DNA of 51,261 nucleotides from a virus (Duplodnaviria > Caudoviricetes): IMG/VR virus record IMGVR_UViG_3300046011_009473, positions 1 through 51,261 of that record. One strand, written 5' to 3'. The notes under the pieces were generated by a model. It saw only the letters and a list, made by a program, of their open reading frames with translations. It was not told the origin of the DNA and ran no database searches. This document shows positions 34,423-42,464 of this stretch, piece after piece; position 1 is the first letter of the stretch, and each line of letters opens with the position of its first letter. Made by a program: the position numbers and the translations under genes.

Positions 34423-34710
34423 ATGGACTTAGACAATTACCCCACCAGAACACTTTTAGCTTTGAAAAAGAACATACTAATTGGTCCTTTAAAACATGAA
34501 AACGAAAAAGTAATGGTGGGTTTTAAAGCTTACCCTGTTTGGGAAGTAGGTTACGAAAATATCGACCCTAAACTTAAAACTTTAATACCGGTTTTAGGTC
34601 GCACAGAAAACGGTAATCTTGTGCGATTGGGGCATGGAGAGATAAGTTTCTACGTCGAAGAGTTGGTTTGTGATTTACCAAAATTATTTAACAGAATTAA
34701 TAAAGCATAA
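34423..34710 (+). CDS. Hypothetical protein (start moved to ATG at 34423)
   Basis: MDLDNYPTRT...; GAGGAGG at 34404..34410. Confidence 0.7.
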   Translation: MDLDNYPTRTLLALKKNILIGPLKHENEKVMVGFKAYPVWEVGYENIDPKLKTLIPVLGRTENGNLVRLGHGEISFYVEELVCDLPKLFNRINKA

Positions 34711-34786
34711 AAACGGCGTAGAAGACTTGAAAAAAGCCAAGACTTACTTGGAAAAATTAATAACAATTGAGGAGCGTAGTAGATAA
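34706..34786 (+). pseudogene. Orphan copy of the DUF3310 3' end
   Basis: Reads HKNGVEDLKKAKTYLEKLITIEERSR*; 34712..34774 matches 34347..34409 at 58/63. Confidence 0.8.
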
Positions 34787-35043
34787 TGATACAGCCTTTT
34801 AACAGTCCTTTTGATATTTTAACGTCCCTAAAACTTAGTGTTAAACGCATGATGGATAAAAAGTTCCAAAGTGTGTGGTTGGAATATTCTAAAGAGCTTA
34901 CTGAAACTGAGAAAAAAGATCTCGAATTTAAAATTCAAGAAGGTTTTGAGACCCCCTTGGGTTTTGAGTGGTCAGAGCAATTGGCTTCTGGCGATACCTA
35001 CAAATCACATTTTCAGTTAAGAGTGTCAAGATCGCATGTGTAG
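34786..35043 (+). CDS. Hypothetical protein
   Basis: 85-aa ORF; GAGGAG at 34769..34774. Confidence 0.65.
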   Translation: MIQPFNSPFDILTSLKLSVKRMMDKKFQSVWLEYSKELTETEKKDLEFKIQEGFETPLGFEWSEQLASGDTYKSHFQLRVSRSHV

Positions 35044-35056
35044 AGATGAGGATTAA

Positions 35057-35521
35057 ATGAAAACTATTTTAGCCCTCGACCTCGGAACTAAAACCGGATG
35101 GGCGCTTACTGAGTTTAGTAAGATCTCATCTGGTACTGTGGATTTTAAAGCCACAAGATTCCAAAGTGCTGACCGCCGCTTCGTAAATTTCAAAGACTGG
35201 CTGAATAAAACGCGCGATAAAACCCTTCTGGGAAAGATAGACGTAGTTTATTTTGAAGAAGTGAGGCGACATATCGGCGTGGACGCTGCGCATTGTTACG
35301 GTGGATTTAAAGCAATCCTAACAACTTTTTGCCAAGAAAACGAGATATCGTTTCAAGGCATGGCAGTCGGTACGATTAAAAAATATATCACTGGAAGCGG
35401 TGCAGCAAAGAAAGACAAAGTGATTGCCGCTGTGCGCGACCTCGGCTATAACCCAAAAGATGATAACGAAGCTGACGCGATTTCGCTTTTACTTGCCGCA
35501 ATCGCAGGCGCCAAAGATTAA
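35057..35521 (+). CDS. RuvC-like Holliday junction resolvase
   Basis: ILALDLGTKTGWA, VYFEEVRRH, TIKK.ITGSG, DDNEADA. Confidence 0.88.
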   Translation: MKTILALDLGTKTGWALTEFSKISSGTVDFKATRFQSADRRFVNFKDWLNKTRDKTLLGKIDVVYFEEVRRHIGVDAAHCYGGFKAILTTFCQENEISFQGMAVGTIKKYITGSGAAKKDKVIAAVRDLGYNPKDDNEADAISLLLAAIAGAKD

Positions 35522-35808
35522 TGCTTTGGTGAACTGTGGATCTTAAAAGTGAAACCAGCACTTACAAGTGAGGCGACGTTGATCGAAATTTCGGCAAAGT
35601 TAGCCCAAAGCATTTCTTGCATGGAACCTTTCCAAGAGGTTAACTCTTCAATATTTATTAAGGAACTTCCAACAATCGCGGCTCCCTGAACAGTATAGAT
35701 GTCTGAAGCTCCTGCGTTACAGATTATCATGTTATTTTTTGCAGGGTTCAAAGGTATTCTGGTTTGTTGCCCTGTTGAAGATACGGTAATAGTTTCAGTT
35801 TCAATCAT
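35518..35808 (-). CDS. Hypothetical protein, last gene of the late operon
   Basis: 96 aa, beta-rich; stop overlaps the convergent resolvase stop. Confidence 0.65.
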   Translation of the reverse strand: MIETETITVSSTGQQTRIPLNPAKNNMIICNAGASDIYTVQGAAIVGSSLINIEELTSWKGSMQEMLWANFAEISINVASLVSAGFTFKIHSSPKH

Positions 35809-35817
35809 ATTTTGTGT

Positions 35818-38424
35818 TTAAAAAAGACCCGGAATTAAGCTAGTATTTCTTTTTATCGCTTTAATAGAATCACTGTCAAGAGAAGAGATATAAACTTTTT
35901 CTCGCCAAACAATGTCAATACCACCTCCCCCAGAAGTAGGATCTGCCACGGGATAGTTTAAGTCTGAGCAATAAATCCTAACGTTATCCAATTGTCTAAG
36001 GTTTGTTGAGGTGGTATTGTCTAATTTTATAAACACCACGCTAGAATTGATCCTAAGGTTAGCTGCGTCTTCGGCAGTTATGCCGCCAACAAAATCGCGA
36101 ATACCATCAATAGTTGTGAGATTATAGACCCACCACGCGTAAAGCTCAGAGGCTAAAAAATTAGCCGAAATGACTATGTCGATTTGATAGTTTAAATAGT
36201 CGGCTGCAAATTTATTAATCGCTGCACCATTTAGACCGTAGGCGTTATAAACAACATCGTCTTCTTGAGTGTTTAAAATCTGCAAGCCGCTTAAAGTAAC
36301 TACCCCAAAAACTTCAAGAGGCAATTTTGCGTAACCTCCGTTCTGATAGGTCGCAGTTAATTTTATAATTTTATCGGCTGTCCAAGAATAATCATAACTA
36401 AAGCCCGCGGATGAAAGCACCGCATTATAAATTTCTACGCCGTCAGTAACATTATAAAGCCGAACTCGTGAGCCGCTTAAAAGATTTGGCGCAGAAATGT
36501 TTGCAAATTGAAAAGCTTCTACGTTAGAACCTAAAGCGGCTATTGAAGAATTTTGTTTAATGATGGTCACCAAGCCGCTGCCTAAGTTGGTCACTACCCC
36601 CGAAATAGAACAATGATTTAAGGTAATTGTGATTGGTGTATTGGTATTGTAAGTTAAATCCCCATCAATTGTCACGCCTGTTAGGTTAGTTGGCGTTGCC
36701 TGAGATACATTGCCTGTGACTGAAGCTGTAAATGCTGCTGTAGCTGTTGCAGTTGAAGTAGTCACTTTACCGCTAGTTAAATACTCTAAGCCAGTAATTG
36801 TCCATCCACCAATGTTTAAAGTAGTGCCGTCAAAGTCCCAAGTGTCGTCTGACCCGAAGTTGGCGAGGGTGCTGATCCAGTTGCGGTAATACGCCCAAAC
36901 TTCTGCCGCTGTGCGATTTGATGTAAGTGTAATAACGCCACCAGTCGTGCCGCTTGCGACAAGAGAGATTCCTGTCAATGCCGCCGCTTGTGCTTGAGTA
37001 AGCGAAAGGTTTGCAACCGTCAATAACTGAACGTCCTCAACCAATGGCCCGTTGACGCCATCGGATAAGAAACTTCTATTTTGCCAAACGTATTGATCTG
37101 CCGAGATATAACCGTATGCCCGAGCCTTGCAACTCCATTGGTATTTGTTTGAAGTTCCCGGATTTGCGCCAGCCTGACGCCCAATCATTGCAGAAAGCAA
37201 GTAGTTTGAAACTACTCCTGTTGATGTTGTTGTTGCGTTTTTTGTTAGCGACTCTGAAATATTGGCAATGTTGTAATTTGTAGTGCCTGTCGTCTGCGTC
37301 CCCAGCCATTGCACAACCACGCCTGCAAGTTTTGTTGAGCCGCTTTTAAATGTCGGCGTGTGCGAATACATTGTTGCGGCGTAGCGGTTGTCTGTGAACC
37401 AAAAACCAACCCCAGCAGTATAAAGCCCATTCCATATACTTGTTGGAAAACTAGGGTTGTAGTTAAGATAGTTTGTATTTCTTGCTGCACCTGTTACTGC
37501 AAACGAGATTGTGCCTGACTGCTCTGTTCCCCAACGAGCACCATAAAAATTAGCGTTTGTAAGTTCTGATGCACCATCACCAGCGTGTGAAGCCACAGGT
37601 GCAGAATACCCTGTGTATGTTGTAAAACCTGTTTGATATTCACCACTTGTAGTTTCAAAGTTGACATTGCTTGCAGCCGTAAGCGTTCTTGCTAGACCAA
37701 AATAAACTTTTCTTGAAGCTCCATTATTACGAATAGTCATTCCCGCTATGTTAATTACGGCAGGATTGATACCATATGGAAATGTTGGAAAGTCGTTCCG
37801 CTGTGAAGTTTGTTGAATGAAAAGCGGATTAATGCCAGATGGTGAGCGCAATGTAATAAGTGTTCCACCAGTATTTACAAGTAAGCAGTTGCTATCGTTA
37901 TATCCCATACTAGTATTAACCATACATAAAACTTCTGTTCCAACAATAGTTGAACCGCCATTGTTAGCGTTTAATGCAGACTCAGCAATTGGATTGTAAC
38001 GAGATGAACCAGCAAACTCAAATGTATTAAAATCATCCCATCGAACCCACGCACCTTGTGCCACATCAACACGAACATTGGTTAATTGGTTATATCTATT
38101 TCTCTGAAACCCTGCCGTAGCATCTGCCGTTTGAACTGCTAGAACACCAGCAGCAAAAGAGTTGGGCGAGCCTTGTGTGCCCCCCGTGGCTGTCAGAATC
38201 TTGGTCGAACAAGTGATAGCAGTTAATGCCACTGTTTGGCTTACGGTTACTTGCCACGAAAGTCCTGAACCAAAGGATATAACAGTATTAGCTGCAACAC
38301 CTGTGCCTGTTACTATTTGTCCAGCCGCAACCGTTCCAGTTGGAGCAGAAGCAAACGTCAGTGTTGAACCACTAATAGAAGCCGCGCCTGTTGCGTTTAC
38401 GGTAGTTGAGTATGCCCAAGCCAT
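35818..38424 (-). CDS. Large Thr/Gly/Ser-rich beta protein, tailspike/adhesin-like
   Basis: 868 aa, low charge, repeated beta-strand pattern; assignment by composition only. Confidence 0.55.
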   Translation of the reverse strand: MAWAYSTTVNATGAASISGSTLTFASAPTGTVAAGQIVTGTGVAANTVISFGSGLSWQVTVSQTVALTAITCSTKILTATGGTQGSPNSFAAGVLAVQTADATAGFQRNRYNQLTNVRVDVAQGAWVRWDDFNTFEFAGSSRYNPIAESALNANNGGSTIVGTEVLCMVNTSMGYNDSNCLLVNTGGTLITLRSPSGINPLFIQQTSQRNDFPTFPYGINPAVINIAGMTIRNNGASRKVYFGLARTLTAASNVNFETTSGEYQTGFTTYTGYSAPVASHAGDGASELTNANFYGARWGTEQSGTISFAVTGAARNTNYLNYNPSFPTSIWNGLYTAGVGFWFTDNRYAATMYSHTPTFKSGSTKLAGVVVQWLGTQTTGTTNYNIANISESLTKNATTTSTGVVSNYLLSAMIGRQAGANPGTSNKYQWSCKARAYGYISADQYVWQNRSFLSDGVNGPLVEDVQLLTVANLSLTQAQAAALTGISLVASGTTGGVITLTSNRTAAEVWAYYRNWISTLANFGSDDTWDFDGTTLNIGGWTITGLEYLTSGKVTTSTATATAAFTASVTGNVSQATPTNLTGVTIDGDLTYNTNTPITITLNHCSISGVVTNLGSGLVTIIKQNSSIAALGSNVEAFQFANISAPNLLSGSRVRLYNVTDGVEIYNAVLSSAGFSYDYSWTADKIIKLTATYQNGGYAKLPLEVFGVVTLSGLQILNTQEDDVVYNAYGLNGAAINKFAADYLNYQIDIVISANFLASELYAWWVYNLTTIDGIRDFVGGITAEDAANLRINSSVVFIKLDNTTSTNLRQLDNVRIYCSDLNYPVADPTSGGGGIDIVWREKVYISSLDSDSIKAIKRNTSLIPGLF

Positions 38425-38696
38425 TAAATTTGCACCTCGTTAATCGAGGTCAATAGGCCTTCACCACTATAGTTAAAAGTTTTGCGCGTACTTACCCCAC
38501 GGAGAGTTGAATCTATCTGAGTTAAATACCCGTCTGCGTAAGTCATGGTCTTTGTAGCACCGTTTGAATTATACGTGATTTGGGCAAGCGTGCCATCTAC
38601 ATTGTACGAAAAAGCGGGGTTAGTTGCTACGCCAAAAAAAACAGCCCTATCAACGCGCTGTTTGTAACCCGCAGATGTTAAAGGCTGACTTAACAT
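38424..38696 (-). CDS. Small protein with YD/RHS-like repeats
   Basis: FSYNVDGTLAQITY, MTYADGYLTQI, FNYSGEGLLTSI. Confidence 0.6.
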   Translation of the reverse strand: MLSQPLTSAGYKQRVDRAVFFGVATNPAFSYNVDGTLAQITYNSNGATKTMTYADGYLTQIDSTLRGVSTRKTFNYSGEGLLTSINEVQI

Positions 38697-38698
38697 TA

Positions 38699-39088
38699 TT
38701 ATTTATTTTTTAATTGAAAGTGGGGTCTGTCTTTAAAAGTTTTCCAATCCCCGCCCCATTCTAACTCAACGCCAAGAGTCTTAGCTTTTGATAAAACAAA
38801 TCCGGCAAACTCGGTATGACCTTTAACATCTTGCCAGTCAATCGGGTATGGTAAAACGTCCACTGCAAGGCTTAAAGGTTGGTCTTTGCTGATCTGGTGC
38901 TTTGATTTTTTTGTGACCCCGTCAATTTTAGAAAATCCACCAGCAAACGCTTTTAGCTGTTCTTCTAAAGTTCTTGCCCCACAAATAATGGTGCAATCTT
39001 TTTCTTTAATGACTTCATTAAAAACTTTTTGAATATCCAAATGGCAAGAAGCTAATCTTGCTTTTGAGGTTTTACTAAAGCTATACAT
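38699..39088 (-). CDS. Endolysin, M15 family L-Ala-D-Glu peptidase (T5-like)
   Basis: GARTLEEQ, SKH...AVD, WGGDW...DRPHFQL. Confidence 0.92.
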   Translation of the reverse strand: MYSFSKTSKARLASCHLDIQKVFNEVIKEKDCTIICGARTLEEQLKAFAGGFSKIDGVTKKSKHQISKDQPLSLAVDVLPYPIDWQDVKGHTEFAGFVLSKAKTLGVELEWGGDWKTFKDRPHFQLKNK

Positions 39089-39354
39089 TGCCCATACTCC
39101 TTTTCGTTGATAGTGTGGAAGTCCAAATATTTGTCTAAGGTCACTCTATGTTTAGGGTTCACCCGCATCTCAGAAAGATTAACAAAATCTGATTTTTCTA
39201 ACCAGAGAGATGAGTATTTCCCCTCACAAAAATAGTCAACTTGAACAGTCTTTACAACGGGTTTGACGCAACCACTCAATGTTATCAGAAGTACTGATAG
39301 TTTTAGAAATTTCTTTGCGTTTAAAAATTTCTTTTTTTGTTTCGAGTATTTCAT
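39052..39354 (-). CDS. o-spanin (Rz1-like lipoprotein), start at ATG 39354
   Basis: Basic N-terminus, hydrophobic core, lipobox LSGC; overlaps the i-spanin in another frame. Confidence 0.75.
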   Translation of the reverse strand: MKYSKQKKKFLNAKKFLKLSVLLITLSGCVKPVVKTVQVDYFCEGKYSSLWLEKSDFVNLSEMRVNPKHRVTLDKYLDFHTINEKEYGQCIALVKPQKQD

Positions 39355-39490
39355 TTTTAATTTCAAGCTGTTGATGTTGATGTTCGATTTCTTTTTTTTG
39401 AGTTTCAATTATTTTTTCTTTTTCTTCGTAGGCGTTAAGCGCTGCTAAAATTAGAATAATAAACAAAATTGGTACTAAGATATACTTCAT
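39236..39490 (-). CDS. i-spanin (Rz-like)
   Basis: N-terminal TM helix, coiled coil, C-terminal CKDC. Confidence 0.72.
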   Translation of the reverse strand: MKYILVPILFIILILAALNAYEEKEKIIETQKKEIEHQHQQLEIKNEILETKKEIFKRKEISKTISTSDNIEWLRQTRCKDCSS

Positions 39491-39711
39491 AAAAAACTAA
39501 ATAAATATTTTGCGCCATCAATGCAATCTTTTAAATTTAATTTTGCCGAAAAAAATAAAAGCGCGCAGCAAATAGAGACCACAAAAACAGTTGACTGAAG
39601 TTTTGACTTAAAAATAAGTTTAATAAACTTCCACCAAAATTTTAACCATTCATGAAATATTTTGTACAATATTTCAGCGTTAGTCGGAGGTCGGTCGCAT
39701 GAATTTTTCAT
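39487..39711 (-). CDS. Small membrane protein, holin/antiholin candidate
   Basis: Hydrophobic TVFVVSICCALLFFSA within the lysis cluster. Confidence 0.5.
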   Translation of the reverse strand: MKNSCDRPPTNAEILYKIFHEWLKFWWKFIKLIFKSKLQSTVFVVSICCALLFFSAKLNLKDCIDGAKYLFSFL

Positions 39712-40048
39712 CGCTTTCTCGGTTAAGTTTTTCTTTGTAAATTTCTTTTAGGGCTTTTAGTTTTTCAACGTCTTCAGTAACGATGGCGTCTTTGCACTCT
39801 ACCAATTCGCTTTGAATATTATGTTTCTCGTTTTTATAGTTAGTATTTTCTACGATTAAAGTGTCAACTTTAGCGCTTAAAACTTTAACGTCTTTTATTA
39901 AATCTTCTACAAACAATAGTCTAAATTTTTGAAACCAAAGCGCCGCCGTTTTGGGCATGAACCAAGCTAAGAATTTGAAAATTAGAATCCCGAGTATCCC
40001 AGCCACCCAAAAAACAATCTCTTTAAGGGAAATAATTTGTTCGTCCAT
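39680..40048 (-). CDS. N-terminal TM plus coiled-coil protein, holin candidate
   Basis: IVFWVAGILGILIFKFLAWF; lysis cluster. Confidence 0.5.
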   Translation of the reverse strand: MDEQIISLKEIVFWVAGILGILIFKFLAWFMPKTAALWFQKFRLLFVEDLIKDVKVLSAKVDTLIVENTNYKNEKHNIQSELVECKDAIVTEDVEKLKALKEIYKEKLNRESDEKFMRPTSD

Positions 40049-40051
40049 ACT

Positions 40052-40432
40052 TTATTTTTTAAAATATTTTTTACCAAAAAGCCTCACTGCATAGTACATG
40101 ATTAAACGGCGGGGCTTCGACACTTTTAAAATTTCTAGGGCTTGCAGAAAAAATTTATCTGCGTCTAATCTCGAAACCCTAATTTGGCATTGCTTAGAAT
40201 ACAAGTAATCATGCACTATCGCAGCTTTATTATACATCCCGATAGGGGGGAAAACTAAGTATAAAATTCTTGGGACTGATAAAAAATCAGTAGTGAAATC
40301 CACCGGTACTACTAGGCTAACAATTTTACCCGTTGTATCTAAATAGTAAAACAAAAATGCTCTTTTTAGAACCCAGAATTTACCCTTGGATTCTACTAAA
40401 AGTTCGTCTTTAAATTTTGTAAAAGATGCCAT
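40052..40432 (-). CDS. DUF1353 family protein
   Basis: VPVDFTTDFLSVPR...AAIVHDYLY...ADKFF...MYYAVRLFG. Confidence 0.88.
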   Translation of the reverse strand: MASFTKFKDELLVESKGKFWVLKRAFLFYYLDTTGKIVSLVVPVDFTTDFLSVPRILYLVFPPIGMYNKAAIVHDYLYSKQCQIRVSRLDADKFFLQALEILKVSKPRRLIMYYAVRLFGKKYFKK

Positions 40433-40434
40433 GA

Positions 40435-40965
40435 TTAATATTTTGGAAAATTAATATCGATTGCTTCAAGTTCTTCAATAGTTGTACAAGTATTTATCTC
40501 CACTTCTTTATCGTTCGCGTAAGCAACGTATGACGTGCCGCGATCTGCAAGATGCGAAGAAATATTTTGTGTAACCGCTTGATCTAAAATAACGTAACCC
40601 TCGCGCCTATTTTGACCTTCGATAATTGTGCAACTGTATTTGATAATGCTGCCAAGTGATGCCCCAAAGATAATCGTGTTAGGCTCGGTTAATTGAACGC
40701 CAGTAGCTTCGACACTAAATTCAAAATAAACTTTGTTTTCTTCGATTTCGGGCTTATCCCATTCGTAAGCTTTGCAAGCGGCGTAAGGTTTTCCCAAAGC
40801 TACGTTTCGATTGGCTTTTAATTGGGTTATTTTAGTTGTTTTGGCTTCTGCCAATTCGTAAGCATCAATTTCTTCTTGGGTTAATTTTTGCCAAGAATCG
40901 AAAAAAGAACCAAAAGATTTTCCTTTGATAATTTCCTTTGTTTCTAAATTTTTTAAATAAATCAT
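40435..40965 (-). CDS. Second tail fibre assembly chaperone: different N-terminus, shared C-terminal ~137 aa
   Basis: From AKTTKITQ onward it differs from the 1..606 protein at only 2 residues. Confidence 0.82.
   Translation of the reverse strand: MIYLKNLETKEIIKGKSFGSFFDSWQKLTQEEIDAYELAEAKTTKITQLKANRNVALGKPYAACKAYEWDKPEIEENKVYFEFSVEATGVQLTEPNTIIFGASLGSIIKYSCTIIEGQNRREGYVILDQAVTQNISSHLADRGTSYVAYANDKEVEINTCTTIEELEAIDINFPKY
40436..40847. repeat. 412-bp direct repeat, copy 2
   Basis: 400/412 identical to 2..413. Confidence 0.97.
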
Positions 40966-40980
40966 TTTTGTAAAAATTAA

Positions 40981-42360
40981 TTATAAAATTCCGTTATCAA
41001 TCCAACCTTGGGTAAGAATTGACACACTTGCCGATGCTGATGCTTCATGAAAAACTTGTGACGAAAGGCTGGTTGGGACAAGAGTATTTCCGCTCCCAGT
41101 AATAATATCAGTTGTACTTCCCGAACTAGCTAAATAAACACCATTCCAACAACTAGAAGAAACTGCTTGGTCGCTTGCGTCTCCTGAAAAAATTCGCAAA
41201 CCGCGAGTGTTACCAGCAGAGGCGAAAATAGTCGCTGATAATATTGCAATTGTTTTTATTCCTAGAGGGGTGGATAAAGTTACTAATGCTAATGTAGTCG
41301 TGCTTGTACCAGAAAAATCAATAACTGGAATCTTTAAGAAAAAATAAGTTCCATTTTGGAAAAATCCTAATATGTTACCACTTCCATCAGTTTTGATGCT
41401 TCCTAATCGTTTAAATTTAGTGTAACCACTTGGTAAAACTGTTGGAGTTGTCGCTCCTGTCGAAAATAAGAAGTCACTAGCTAACGTTGTTGGATTATAA
41501 ATTGCGTAGCAGTGATACCAAGTTGAATTTGCTTTAGTTCCAGTGTCTAACCCACCTTGATTTGTTCCAGCTGCCCAATTTGCATCTAATCTTTTTGTTA
41601 AAGCCGTCGCAACAGCTTGTCCGCTTCCATCTGAAAATTGAAAAACTCCTGAGCTGAAATCTATGTCATTGTTAGCATCGCTTATATTGTTTGAGATTGT
41701 AATTGGAGACAATAACAATGAAGTACCAGCTAAAGAAGTAGTTGCACTTTGAGTTCCGACTAAAGGCACATTACCCGCTGCCGTTCCTATATTTAGCAGA
41801 GACATTCCCCCAGCGCCTGTAAATTGAGGAATTTTATTTGCTGCACCAGTTAATCCAGCTAAAGCGCTTAAATTAGCATTTTGAGCTTGAACATTTGTAC
41901 CAATTTCAAGTCCAAGATTAGTTCGTGATGCTGAGGCGCTTGCTACATCGTTTAGGTTATTGCCAACCAATAAAGGAGTGCCACCAGCACCCGCTTTTTG
42001 GAAGAAATTAAAAGTAATTTCACTTGTTCCAAAAACAATTGGAGCATCAGCGCAAACAACTTCCCAAAGAGTATTTGAATATTGAATACCAGAAGTTGTA
42101 AGAATTAAAGTTCCACTAACCGCGTTTAGTTCGTTATTAAACCATACAGCACGAGTCCATGCACTTGTCGAGACAACATAGACCCCATTTTCTGTTTGGT
42201 CGGTTTGACCATTTACAAGAACATTATCACCTTCTACAACAGCGACACCATTTACAGTTTGCTCTCCCGAAAGTGTAATGTTAACCATAGTGGCTACAAG
42301 CACGGGAGACTTAGCCCCAAGCTCTCCTACTACACCACTTTTTAAATCTGTTGTTGTCAT
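40981..42360 (-). CDS. Second tail fibre protein
   Basis: NITLSGEQTVNGV...VLVNGQTDQTENGVY; NNLNDVASASASRTNLGL; GGLDTG...STWYHCYAI...LPSGYTKFKRLGSIKTD. Confidence 0.85.
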   Translation of the reverse strand: MTTTDLKSGVVGELGAKSPVLVATMVNITLSGEQTVNGVAVVEGDNVLVNGQTDQTENGVYVVSTSAWTRAVWFNNELNAVSGTLILTTSGIQYSNTLWEVVCADAPIVFGTSEITFNFFQKAGAGGTPLLVGNNLNDVASASASRTNLGLEIGTNVQAQNANLSALAGLTGAANKIPQFTGAGGMSLLNIGTAAGNVPLVGTQSATTSLAGTSLLLSPITISNNISDANNDIDFSSGVFQFSDGSGQAVATALTKRLDANWAAGTNQGGLDTGTKANSTWYHCYAIYNPTTLASDFLFSTGATTPTVLPSGYTKFKRLGSIKTDGSGNILGFFQNGTYFFLKIPVIDFSGTSTTTLALVTLSTPLGIKTIAILSATIFASAGNTRGLRIFSGDASDQAVSSSCWNGVYLASSGSTTDIITGSGNTLVPTSLSSQVFHEASASASVSILTQGWIDNGIL

Positions 42361-42372
42361 ATTTTAGGCAAT

Positions 42373-42404
42373 AAAAAAGCCGCCTTCATTTCTGAGTAGC
42401 GGCT
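42373..42404 (-). terminator. Intrinsic terminator between the giant gene and the tail fibre
   Basis: Minus strand AGCCGC, 15 nt, GCGGCT, then a T run. Confidence 0.65.
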
Positions 42405-42464
42405 GATTTTCGGATTAATTTCCAATTATAGAAAAATAGTAAATATTATTTGGATAGATGCAAG

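Larger units (their letters stand above)
1..40434. mobile_element. Probably complete, circularly permuted podovirus genome (phage A), Gram-negative host
   Basis: Full packaging, head, short-tail, lysis and replication gene set. 2..413 is repeated at 40436..40847, and joining there makes the late operon continuous (chaperone into DUF1353 and lysis genes). Spanins imply an outer-membrane host. Confidence 0.85.
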
